DNA of 64,000 bases from Bdellovibrionales bacterium. GTDB taxonomy: Bacteria > Bdellovibrionota > Bdellovibrionia > Bdellovibrionales > UBA1609. Positions 9,866 through 18,169 of the stretch are shown one piece after another (position 1 is the stretch's first letter; every line of letters begins with the position of its first letter). Position numbers and translations under genes: made by a program. The notes below the pieces were generated by a model. It saw only the letters and a program-made list of their open reading frames with translations, had not been told where the DNA came from and ran no database searches. The stretch spans positions 1,304,318 through 1,368,317 of the forward strand of contig OZ220488.1 in assembly GCA_965116155.1 (NCBI GenBank). The letters run 5' to 3'.

Positions 9866-10339
9866 ATGGCCCATGTAGATACAGGCAAAGGCGGTGGGCG
9901 TGCGGCTAACGCGGACCTAAACATTGTGCCTTTTATAGACCTGATGAGTGTTTTGGTTATATTTTTGCTTATTACCGCGGTGTGGACACAGGTGACGATG
10001 ATTCAAATAGGCAGCTCTATTTACGGCAAAAAGTCAGACGACATGAAGCAACTCCCCAAGCCTGAGGTGCATATTCCGTTGAGGCTCGATGTGCGGCAGG
10101 GGGGGTTTTTTTTGATCATGGGTGATGAGCGCAAGAGTTTTCCAAAGCAGGGTGGTCAGTATAATGTGCCGGCTTTAGTGAAGGCGCTTAAGGATTTTAA
10201 GATGGTGCATCTGACTAAGGAGGATGCGGTGATTACCATTGAGGATCAGTTGAATTATGAGACTTTAATTTTGGGGATGGATGCCTTGTTAGAGGCGGAG
10301 TTTGGGCAGGTGTCTATTTCTACAGCGGCGGCTTTGTAG
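9866..10339 (+). CDS. ExbD/TolR-family protein (AglS/AglQ-like)
   Basis: 157 aa with the N-terminal ExbD signature (DLNIVPFIDLMSVLVIFLLIT). Directly follows the MotA/TolQ gene. Confidence 0.75.
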   Translation: MAHVDTGKGGGRAANADLNIVPFIDLMSVLVIFLLITAVWTQVTMIQIGSSIYGKKSDDMKQLPKPEVHIPLRLDVRQGGFFLIMGDERKSFPKQGGQYNVPALVKALKDFKMVHLTKEDAVITIEDQLNYETLILGMDALLEAEFGQVSISTAAAL

Positions 10340-10352
10340 GGGGTGTTAGGTC

Positions 10353-10946
10353 GTGCCAATATATGTGCCGGGTTATAGGGACCGCAAGGGCAGGGCTTCT
10401 GTTGTTAAGCGTAATGTGGTGGCGCTGTTATCTTTAACAGCCATGGTGGATCTGTTTACGGTTTTGGTGGTGTTTTTGTTGCAGAGCTATAATGTGACGG
10501 GCGAGGTAATAGACATTAGTGACGAGGTGCTGTTGCCGCAGGCTGTGCAGACAAAGGATCTCACCCCGGCCCATGTGGTGGTGCTGTCGCCAGATGAGTT
10601 GTTATTTAATGGTGAGCAGGTGGCTAATGTAAGCAGTTTGCGCGCGCAGCAGCATTGGATGATTGAAAGCTTGCTGGCTCAAACGCGCGGAGCTATTGAG
10701 GTGGGCGAAGCTAATGAAAAGAGCCTGTATGCAAAGATCAAAAGTGGTGTGCGGCAGGTTCGTAATGCTCCTGCAGATGAAAATGATGGTGTTGCTGCGG
10801 TGGTGCCGGAGTATCGAAAGGCCACAGTGCAGGCGGATAAGAGCATTCGATTTTTAACTCTTAAAAAGGTCTTGTACACGCTTACAGAGGCCGGCATCAT
10901 CGAAATCAATTTTGCAGTAATAAAAAGCCCCGAGTTAGAGCGCTAG
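10353..10946 (+). CDS. ExbD/TolR-family protein (second copy, AglQ/AglS-like)
   Basis: 197 aa with the ExbD signature (LSLTAMVDLFTVLVVFLL). The stop codon lies inside the TTAGAGCGCTAG motif (10935-10946). Confidence 0.7.
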   Translation: MPIYVPGYRDRKGRASVVKRNVVALLSLTAMVDLFTVLVVFLLQSYNVTGEVIDISDEVLLPQAVQTKDLTPAHVVVLSPDELLFNGEQVANVSSLRAQQHWMIESLLAQTRGAIEVGEANEKSLYAKIKSGVRQVRNAPADENDGVAAVVPEYRKATVQADKSIRFLTLKKVLYTLTEAGIIEINFAVIKSPELER

Positions 10947-10961
10947 TCCAAAATTCTGGGA

Positions 10962-11094
10962 TAGAGTGCGTAAGCATAAAAGTGTTAGTGAGGGCGCCTT
11001 GGCCAGAAAGCGCAGCCTGCTGACACACCTTTAGGTGTGCAAGGCAAGCGGTCTAAGCCAGGGTGCCCTCACGCGCTGGATAAAGCGGCGGCGC
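10962..11094. repeat. 133-bp hairpin element, copy a (TAGAGTGCGTAAGCATAAAAGTGTTAGTGAGGGCGCC...CCCTCACGCGCTGGATAAAGCGGCGGCGC)
   Basis: By manual alignment it differs from copy b (39949-40081) at 2 positions. Internal stems: GTGAGGGCGCC.TGG/CCAGGGTGCCCTCAC and CACACC-TTTA-GGTGTG. Confidence 0.9.
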
Positions 11095-11173
11095 AAGAGC
11101 AGCACCCAGTGCTTTTCAAGAGAGTTTGAACGCTTTGGGCCTATTGATCGCCCCAAGCTGTCGGCGCATTGAT

Positions 11174-11303
11174 AGCTGTCTAGCGCGCAAAAACACTTTG
11201 AATGGGGCCTCGCTTGCCACCTTGGCTGGCGCCCCTTGCAGGGGCTGCCAATGTGTCTACGCCTCTGATCAAAGTGTTTTTGCTGGCGCTTTTATCCTTA
11301 CGG
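11174..11303. repeat. Y-type hairpin element Y1 (AGCTGTCTAGCGCGC - arm - core - arm' - TGGCGCTTTTATCCTTACGG)
   Basis: Arms GCAAAAACACTTTGA / TCAAAGTGTTTTTGC. Core TTGGCTGGCGCCCCTTGCAGGGGCTGCCAA. An inverted near-identical copy lies at 39413-39543 (about 3 differences by eye). Confidence 0.9.
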
Positions 11304-11521
11304 AGCAAGCGTCCTACAGAGAATTTTGCGGCCTATAAGTGCGTAAGCATTTTTGCGCGCTAGACAGCTGGCGTAAGCATTAGAGTGCCAACAAAAAGGC
11401 GTGACCTGAGCTGCCAGATTTGCTTAAAGCTATGGAGCCTTGAGTCCATAGCGCCGTCTCCTTGATGCGCCTTTGGGCGGAAAGCCTTGAGCCTTAGGTT
11501 TGTCTTCGTCATACTATAAAT

Positions 11522-14086
11522 ATGCGTAAGCACTGGGTGGTTATTTGTTGTGTGGTGCTGTCTTGTGCTTTTATTGTGGTAGCTTGCTCCGATGATACTC
11601 CGGACCCTAAAGCGCCCACTCCTGATGCGAGCGCTGCAGACTTAAGGGCCGATGTACTAAAAGACCACGACACCCTGGTGGTGCCGCGTGATGGTGAGAC
11701 GCAGTACGATTTAAAACCTTTTTTTGCCACACTGCATGGGGTGGCAAAAAGCCAAATCCGCACCTCTAACACCAAAAGCCAAGTGGAGTTTGATACAGAT
11801 GACTGCTCGGAGGATGATGAGCTTTTTGAGCTGTCGTACCAAGTGTCAGGCAAAGACAAAGAGATAAATATAGAGTGTGCGGATTCTAGCACGGGCTTGC
11901 CCGATAGCGTGGATGAGGGGTTTTTATTTTTAGCTGGCAACAAAATCTATATGTATACGCTGGATGACAACGATGGCAAAAAGGACAAAGTGCCCATCAG
12001 TGCAGGGGAGTTGTTGTTTTTTTCTGCTGCGTCTAAAAATTTAAATGCTTCTAAAAAATTGCGCCGCCAAGAGATCACCTTTAAGGGCGATGACGATGAG
12101 ACAGAAGCTTCAGAGGTAGGAGCCGTATTAGCTTTTGGTGCTGCAGGTGACGTAAAGGTGGAGGACACCACTTTAGGCACTGCTGGTGCAGCTAAGGGCG
12201 ACGGGTTTTTATTTATAGCCGTGCACTGGGGCACAGATGATGGGGCGGATGATTTTTTTGGCCTAGGTCAGGACGAAGAAGACAATGTGCAAAAAGCCCA
12301 ACCAAGCTCTGGTAGTAACAATGATGATAACGACGATAGCGGTGGCGGCGACAGTGGCGGCAACAGTGGCGACGATGATGACAATGACGGCGACAGTGGT
12401 GACAGTAGCGGCGATGGCGATGGTGCAGGTGGAAGTAACGACGATGACAGTGGCAACAATAATGGTGACAGTGATAGTGACGATGATGATGACGTGGCAG
12501 GGGCGGCTAATTTGGTGGCGCCTTTTGCTGATGCAAAGGTGCAGGCTGGCACAAGTGCGGGGAGCTTAAATTTTAGCTGGGCCTGTAACACTGCAGCTGC
12601 GGATTCTATGTACCACTTAGCTAGTGCTGAGGGCGATTTAGACAGCTGTGCTGAGGTGAGTGTTGAGAGCACGCCTTTAGCAGATCGCACATTAGCGGGT
12701 GTGCATATTTTAAAAAAAACCGCATCAAGCAATTGGTCAAAGGCGGGCTATATTGCTGCAAGAGCTGTTACTAAAACAGGGTCGCGTTTTAAAGTGGTGC
12801 TAACTGACGTTGATACAGGTATTTATCAGTATGCTGTGGCGCCCGCTAAGGGAGAGAGTGATCTAGCGTGGGGGCGTGCTCCCTATCTAACACAGGCACA
12901 GCTGTTGGAAACAGGAGCAACGGGTACCACAAAGGTTAGTAGCTGCACTCACAATAACATGCCTGGGGCAAAAGAGTTTGCCGTGCTTGGCGTACCTGCT
13001 ACAAGCATACAGCTGTGTGTACCTCGCAACAAAAGGTGTGGGTTCAAACCGGTGCCAGGTAAGGCGGCGGGTGCGGATTGTGAGTGCCAGGCGTATGGGG
13101 GTCGTGCTTCGTCTGTGTCTGGTTTTGTGTGGGATGGCAAATGCGCCATGAATCCTATATTTAAGATGCTGCGTTACACCCAGCACAATACCAAAGGGCT
13201 CACGTTAGAGGAGCAAACAAGGTTAGCTAATCCCATAGGCCATGTTAAGTTTACGCCTATGTTTGGGTTTCCACCCTATGCCTCATGGGTCGCAGTGGAT
13301 CGGCGGTGGTTAAGGGCTTTCCGCCAGGAAATTGAAATCTGTGAAAAAACAAACAATGTAGGTGTGTGGCCTTCTGGCAATGTGCAAGGCGGCAGCTGGT
13401 GTAAGGGTCAAGGGGAGCTCAGGTCACCGTGGGTGTTTCCTGCGGAGCGCTTAGCTGTAGCGGCGAATGTGCGCCATTATTTTCGTATGCGCGCGTTGCA
13501 CCTTACTTTGAATTTGGGTGATGCAAATTACTGGCGAAGCCCTTGGGTTTTGATGCAAGCGGATTCGCACACAAGGTTTTGGGGTTTTTCAGACTCTACG
13601 GATGCTACTAAGCGCGATGTATTAGAAGCGCCTAGTGGAGCAAAGGTGTTATATGGTGGCAAAGGGAATGACTGGCTATCTGATACCACTCAAACGGCAA
13701 CGAATATGACTTTTTTGGTGGATTCTTTTTCTTGGGATTTAATTACCAATTTAGAACAAAGGTTCGCGCTTGGAGGAACTAGCCATACAACTCATATTAA
13801 GTGCTATAACGCGAGCCATACGCTTAAAATGGTGATTTTAGAGAGGCCGGATAATTTTTCTACCAGCAATTGGCAGACGCACTTTCAGGAGGCGACCCAT
13901 GCTTCAGACGCTCTGCCGCCAAGCGCATGCGCATTAGCAGATGCGGGCTTAAGGCATGCAAACTGCAAAGGCGTTCGTATTGTTATTAATTCTCAAGGAC
14001 ATTTTCATTTGTCTGGCACTTTTGGCGGCTCCTTAGGTGGCACCGCAGACGCCCCCAAGCGGCTACTGTATTTTAAGTGCAATTAG
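11522..14086 (+). CDS. Large lipoprotein with acidic D/S/G/N low-complexity linker and Cys-rich C-terminal region; function unknown
   Basis: 854 aa with a lipobox (..FIVVA-CSDD). Linker at about aa 255-330 (SGSNNDDNDDSGGGDSGGNSGDDDDNDGDSGDSSGDGDG..). One RTX-like nonapeptide (YGGKGNDWL). The stop TAG lies in the motif variant TTAGAGTGTTAG. Confidence 0.6.
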   Translation: MRKHWVVICCVVLSCAFIVVACSDDTPDPKAPTPDASAADLRADVLKDHDTLVVPRDGETQYDLKPFFATLHGVAKSQIRTSNTKSQVEFDTDDCSEDDELFELSYQVSGKDKEINIECADSSTGLPDSVDEGFLFLAGNKIYMYTLDDNDGKKDKVPISAGELLFFSAASKNLNASKKLRRQEITFKGDDDETEASEVGAVLAFGAAGDVKVEDTTLGTAGAAKGDGFLFIAVHWGTDDGADDFFGLGQDEEDNVQKAQPSSGSNNDDNDDSGGGDSGGNSGDDDDNDGDSGDSSGDGDGAGGSNDDDSGNNNGDSDSDDDDDVAGAANLVAPFADAKVQAGTSAGSLNFSWACNTAAADSMYHLASAEGDLDSCAEVSVESTPLADRTLAGVHILKKTASSNWSKAGYIAARAVTKTGSRFKVVLTDVDTGIYQYAVAPAKGESDLAWGRAPYLTQAQLLETGATGTTKVSSCTHNNMPGAKEFAVLGVPATSIQLCVPRNKRCGFKPVPGKAAGADCECQAYGGRASSVSGFVWDGKCAMNPIFKMLRYTQHNTKGLTLEEQTRLANPIGHVKFTPMFGFPPYASWVAVDRRWLRAFRQEIEICEKTNNVGVWPSGNVQGGSWCKGQGELRSPWVFPAERLAVAANVRHYFRMRALHLTLNLGDANYWRSPWVLMQADSHTRFWGFSDSTDATKRDVLEAPSGAKVLYGGKGNDWLSDTTQTATNMTFLVDSFSWDLITNLEQRFALGGTSHTTHIKCYNASHTLKMVILERPDNFSTSNWQTHFQEATHASDALPPSACALADAGLRHANCKGVRIVINSQGHFHLSGTFGGSLGGTADAPKRLLYFKCN

Positions 14087-14212
14087 AGTGTTAGCCCAAT
14101 ATTCTGGGCAAAGCGCAATCTCCAGTGTAGCCCCTGTTAAGGGGCTATCACGCTGGAGATAAGCGCCCCACAGAATATTGGGCGGGCCTATAAGGCATCT
14201 ATGAGCCTGTAG
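14083..14212. repeat. X-type hairpin element (TTAGAGTGTTAG - CCCAATATTCTGGG ... CCCACAGAATATTGGG - CGGGCCTATAAGGCATCTATGAGCCTGTAG)
   Basis: Read directly. Nested stems CTCCAGTG/CACGCTGGAG and TAGCCCCT-GTTA-AGGGGCTA. Termini match the family consensus. Confidence 0.85.
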
Positions 14213-14431
14213 CCTTGTGCGATTTTTAGGCACAAGGCAACCAGAGTTGCTTAAGGGAGTCTGGACGCTGCGTGCACCCTTTGGACTTTGCACAGTGCAC
14301 CATGCCTTTACACGTGCGTGCATATTGTGCATAGTACTTTGCGGGTTTGGATTAACAAAAATCTACGTGCCACTATTGGCTCTGGAGTTTTTGTTTTTTT
14401 TCGGCATAGCAAAAAGGATATGGAATAAATT

Positions 14432-15427
14432 ATGGCACCAGAAAGAAAAGCAAGTTTAAACACACACTACACCAACACGCATGATCGTTTCTTCCGGAGT
14501 TGTTTTAAGGATAAGGGTTATACGAGGGCGCTGCTAAAATTTTGGCTGCCTCAAAGCGTGCAGGAGGTGTTGGACATTAAAGGCCTGGTTAAGCAGGATG
14601 CCTCTTTGCCTACTATAGGCAAAGAGGCAGACTTGCTAGTACGAGGAACACTTAAAAACACCAGGCCAATTTATATTTTATTAGAGCACAAGCACCAACG
14701 GCAACCCAACAAAACATACAGACAAATGGCTGATTATGGAGTAGCAATAATGCATTTCGAGTTATCTAAGCCTCAAAAGGAGCGGCCTGTTATTGTGAAT
14801 TGCATTTTTTACCATGGCAAAGACCCGTGGCAGCAAGGGTGCGAGTCCGGACTTAATACTGTAATGCACGATATAGGAGCAGAAAGCATAGACTCCATCT
14901 TGCTGCAATTCCATGTGTTTGATCTTGGGCGCCTAGATCGGTCTTTGTGGCCTTCTAAGGGTGCACTGTATTCTATTCTGTATGCGCTTTTAAAGGTGCA
15001 ACAGTTTGGTGATATGGCAGGAAAAGAAAGGCGCGAATTTTTTAGGCAAATTTTCAGCCACCTGGATGACAATGACAGTACAAACCTGATGCAGCATGTG
15101 GTAACTTATGTTTCGAGTGTTTGTGGGATAGACCATGAGGAGGTGATGGGTATGTTAAAGTCAAGTGGTGCGGCAAGAAAGGAATATTTTGAAGCTTGGG
15201 AGCAAAATATGGGTAACCCATGGAAGGAGGCTGGTCGCAAGCAAGGCCAGGCAGAAGGGCGTGCAGAGGGCCTAGAAAAAGGCCTAGAAAAAGGCCTCAA
15301 GCGAGGCCGCGCAGAGGAGCGTGTGGCAGTGGCTGCGAATATGCTCAAAAAAGGCTTGAAGCTCTCTGTAATTTCAGAAGTTACAGGCCTCTCTCAAGAC
15401 GAAATCAAGGGGATTAAAAAGGGCTAG
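14432..15427 (+). CDS. Rpn-family recombination-promoting nuclease / putative transposase (PD-(D/E)XK, YhgA-like)
   Basis: 331 aa. N-terminus HDRFFRSCF.., ..EADLLVRG..YILLEHKHQ.. (the D..E-x-K type core used by this family). Repetitive charged C-terminal tail (EGRAEGLEKGLEKGLKRGRAEER) plus an HTH-like end, typical of Rpn/YhgA-like proteins. Visibly more AT-rich than neighbours. Confidence 0.7.
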   Translation: MAPERKASLNTHYTNTHDRFFRSCFKDKGYTRALLKFWLPQSVQEVLDIKGLVKQDASLPTIGKEADLLVRGTLKNTRPIYILLEHKHQRQPNKTYRQMADYGVAIMHFELSKPQKERPVIVNCIFYHGKDPWQQGCESGLNTVMHDIGAESIDSILLQFHVFDLGRLDRSLWPSKGALYSILYALLKVQQFGDMAGKERREFFRQIFSHLDDNDSTNLMQHVVTYVSSVCGIDHEEVMGMLKSSGAARKEYFEAWEQNMGNPWKEAGRKQGQAEGRAEGLEKGLEKGLKRGRAEERVAVAANMLKKGLKLSVISEVTGLSQDEIKGIKKG

Positions 15428-15563
15428 GGCGCTTTATCCTATTTTAAGTTGCAGACAGTTTTTATGAACAATTTGTATGGGCGCGGCGGTTCCCCCCTGA
15501 ATTAGTACATTTTTGATCTTTACATGGTGAAGGGTTTTAAATGTAAGAGTGTAGGTAGGAGGT

Positions 15564-15830
15564 GTGGGAATGAGGAAGGTGTATAGTGAGGAGCAGATTA
15601 TTAAGGTGCTGGATAGGTTGAGGTCTGGTGTTTCTGCGCAGGACGTGTGTCGAGAGATGGGTGTGAGCCGGCAGAGTTTGTATACGTGGAGGCGCAAGTT
15701 TGGTGGTCTTGGTCTGAGTGAGATGAAGAGGCTGAGGGTTTTGGAGAGAGAGAATGCGAATTTGAAGCGTCTGGTGGCGGATTTGAATTTGGATAATCAG
15801 ATACTAAAAGACAGTTTGCTAAAGTCCTAG
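15564..15830 (+). CDS. IS3-family transposase OrfA (HTH) of a truncated IS
   Basis: 88 aa with an HTH (VSAQDVCREMGVSRQSLYTWRRKF) followed by a leucine-zipper-like segment (LERENANLKRLVADLNL). Classic IS3 OrfA layout. Confidence 0.8.
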   Translation: MGMRKVYSEEQIIKVLDRLRSGVSAQDVCREMGVSRQSLYTWRRKFGGLGLSEMKRLRVLERENANLKRLVADLNLDNQILKDSLLKS

Positions 15831-15979
15831 GGCCTAAGGTGCGTCGGGGTCTTGTGGCTCCATTTATGAAAAAATACCGGGTATGTTTTGCTCGTGTTTG
15901 TCGTGTCTTAGGCCTGTCCCGCAGTATGGTGAGTTTGCGGCGGCTTGCTTGTGGGTTCTTTAAATACCAGAGATTTTAA
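15564..15979 (+). pseudogene. Truncated IS3-family element (OrfA plus about 48 codons of OrfB in the -1 frame; DDE domain missing)
   Basis: Frame -1 relative to OrfA, 15833-15979, reads ..FARVCRVLGLSRSMVSLRR.. (OrfB N-terminal HTH) and then stops. No catalytic domain follows; the composite repeat array starts at about 16001. Confidence 0.7.
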
Positions 15980-16000
15980 AGAATCCGCAGCATGGAGTTT

Positions 16001-16557
16001 ATTGTAGTCGACGCTGAAGTATTATCTAAACGACTGTAATTATTGTTAAATTTGTTGATATTGTGGGTTCTGTTTTTGCAGGGTTTATGGTGTTTTGAGT
16101 GAAGCTGTCTAGCGCGCAATATTACCTTGAAGCCTACGTTTGCCGTCTTGGCTAGCGCCCTGCGGGCTGCCAAGATGGCTGCACTCTAAGGTTCAAGGGT
16201 AATATTACTGGCGCTTTTATGCTTACGCCAAAAACCCTGCAAAACAAGAGGCTCTCTAGTGCACAAAATATTAACCTTGCAAAAGTTCTGCGTGTTAGCC
16301 CCTTGTGCTGAAGTATGTTCTCCGGCTGACTCTGGCTTAAGTTAGAGCGCTAGTAAAATTCTCTGAAGCAAAGCGGCGGCATCCTGACAGCCTCTGCAGG
16401 AGGCGACGATCAGGGTGCCAAGCGTCTTACAGAGAATTTTGCGACCTATAAGGGATCTGCGTGCCTGTAAGATACAGTATTAAAACCCTAATGTGGCACG
16501 AGTACGCGACAGCCGGAAGCCGGAGAACATACTTCAGTCACGACTATTGTAGCAAGC
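16001..16557. repeat. Composite palindromic repeat array, copy 1 (short form)
   Basis: Collinear with 39261-40376 by manual alignment. Terminal inverted repeats TAGTCGACGCTGAAG.. / ..CTTCAGTCACGACTA. Contains Y-type element 16103-16229 and X-type element 16342-16470. Confidence 0.85.
16103..16229. repeat. Y-type hairpin element Y3
   Basis: AGCTGTCTAGCGCGC, arms AATATTACCTTGAA / TTCAAGGGTAATATT, core CTTGGCTAGCGCCCTGCGGGCTGCCAAG, tail TGGCGCTTTTATGCTTACGCC. Confidence 0.85.
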
Positions 16558-16774
16558 ATGACAAGTATGGGTGGAGTTACCCCCCCCCTATCTTAAAATT
16601 AGGCCTAAAATTAGACCCAGGGTTAGGCGAAGGTTGAGGACTAAGGTGGGTACGGCGGCGGAGACTAGGCAAAAAAATAAAAAACGCCATAAAATTTTGC
16701 ACTTTCATACTAAAAACAGTGTGGGTATTTTTGCATAAACATTGGTAGTGTTATGCAATTTTTAAGCCCAAAGT

Positions 16775-16794
16775 TTAGAGCGCTAGCGCTCTAA
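16775..16794. repeat. Perfect 20-bp palindrome TTAGAGCGCTAGCGCTCTAA (two overlapping boundary motifs) on the scoB stop codon
   Basis: Read directly. The minus-strand reading CAA GTT AGA GCG CTA GCG CTC TAA gives the ScoB C-terminus ..QVRALAL*. Confidence 0.95.
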
Positions 16795-17434
16795 CTTGGG
16801 GGTGAATTTTGAGTGGAGCGCCAGTGGCTTGGGCTACTTGCTCAGGGCTAAGGTCTGCCGCATGTTCCATAAGTACCAGCCCCTCGCTGGGGTCGACCTT
16901 TATGTAGCCATAGTCCGAAACAATTATGTCCACACATTTTTTGCCTGTAAGCGGTAAGCGGCAAGCGGGTAAAATTTTAGGCTCACCCTTTTTATTAGTG
17001 TGGGTCATGGCCACAACAACCTTTTTGGCTCCTGCAACCAAATCCATAGCCCCACCCATGCCTTTAACCATTTTGTTAGGAATCATCCAATTAGCAATGT
17101 CTCCCTCGCAAGACACCTCCATGGCACCCAAAACCGTAATATCCACATGCCCCCCACGGATCATAGCAAAAGACTCTGCAGAAGAAAAAAACGACGCCCC
17201 CTTAACAGCTGTGACGGTTTGCTTACCAGCATTTATCAAATCAGGATCCACCTGCTCGGCAGTCGGAAAAGCCCCCATACCCAAAAGCCCGTTTTCGCTT
17301 TGTATTAAAACTTGCTTTTCGTCACCAATATAATTCGCCACCAAAGTGGGCATACCAATGCCCAAATTCACTACAGACCCAGGCTGCACAAAATCCGCTA
17401 TGCGCTCTGCAATACGCTCTCTAGATAAAGGCAC
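16775..17434 (-). CDS. scoB: 3-oxoacid CoA-transferase subunit B
   Basis: 219 aa. Conserved blocks LVNLGIGMPT, SENG, GGAMDL and KILPACRLPLTG are typical of CoA-transferase family I beta subunits. Follows the A subunit. Confidence 0.85.
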   Translation of the reverse strand: MPLSRERIAERIADFVQPGSVVNLGIGMPTLVANYIGDEKQVLIQSENGLLGMGAFPTAEQVDPDLINAGKQTVTAVKGASFFSSAESFAMIRGGHVDITVLGAMEVSCEGDIANWMIPNKMVKGMGGAMDLVAGAKKVVVAMTHTNKKGEPKILPACRLPLTGKKCVDIIVSDYGYIKVDPSEGLVLMEHAADLSPEQVAQATGAPLKIHPQVRALAL

Positions 17435-17454
17435 AGCCCATCACCTCGTAACCA

Positions 17455-18156
17455 CTAACCGCTAAGGGTTTTTTGCTCAATACGTTTTTCATAGTTTTGG
17501 CCTTGAAATATTTTTTGCACATACACCCCAGGTGTATGCACACACTCCGGGTCCAAACTGCCCACGGGCACCACTTCTTCAACCTCAGCTACAGTAACAC
17601 GTGCGCACATGGCCGCTAAAGGATTAAAGTTACGCGCCGTTTTGGCATACACCAAGTTCCCCAGTGCGTCGCCCTTTTGAGCCTTTACTAAAGCGTAGTC
17701 CGCCGTTATGGCTTGCTCTAAAACACACTCGTAGTCTTTGCCGTCTCGCGTAAATACACGGGTCTCCTTAGCCTCTGCCACCTTAGTGCCTGCACCAGTG
17801 GGAGTAAAAAAAGCCCTAATCCCAGCTCCGCCTGCCCGCATGCGTTCTGCCAAAGTGCCCTGAGGGCAAAACTCCACCTCTAGCTCTTTTTGCAAAAATT
17901 GTTTTTCAAACAACGCATTCTCCCCCACATAGCTTGAAACCATTTTGGCAATTTGGCGATTTTGCAACAGCAAACCCAAGCCAAAGTCATCCACCCCCGC
18001 GTTATTCGATACACACACCAGATTACGCACGCCCATTTTGACCAAAGCCGCAATACCGTTCTCGGGTATGCCACACAAGCCAAAGCCTCCAACGGCCAGC
18101 ACGGCTCCATCTTGCACTCCACTTAAGGCCTCTAAGGCATTTTGAACCAACTTCAT
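17455..18156 (-). CDS. scoA: 3-oxoacid CoA-transferase subunit A
   Basis: ORF 17455..18243. The internal ATG at 18156 (MKLVQNALEALSGVQDGAVLAVGGFGLCGIPE..) matches the family N-terminus and removes the overlap with the thiolase gene. Confidence 0.85.
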   Translation of the reverse strand: MKLVQNALEALSGVQDGAVLAVGGFGLCGIPENGIAALVKMGVRNLVCVSNNAGVDDFGLGLLLQNRQIAKMVSSYVGENALFEKQFLQKELEVEFCPQGTLAERMRAGGAGIRAFFTPTGAGTKVAEAKETRVFTRDGKDYECVLEQAITADYALVKAQKGDALGNLVYAKTARNFNPLAAMCARVTVAEVEEVVPVGSLDPECVHTPGVYVQKIFQGQNYEKRIEQKTLSG

Positions 18157-18169
18157 GCTATATAGCCCT

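Larger units (their letters stand above)
10947..11521. repeat. Intergenic mosaic of hairpin repeat elements (array R1)
   Basis: Contains the 133-bp element (10962-11094), a Y-type hairpin (11174-11303) and junction motifs GCGTAAGCAT (x3), GCGCGCTAGACAGCT and CTATAAG. All recur elsewhere in the window. Confidence 0.9.

Noticed and set aside
12268-12732. ORFs 12268..12732 (-) and 12285..12569 (+) overlapping the acidic linker; the GAT/GAC/GGC/AGT-rich stretch was also considered as a VNTR
   Set aside because: Alternative-frame translations of coding low-complexity DNA within the 854-aa lipoprotein ORF. No exact tandem unit could be defined.
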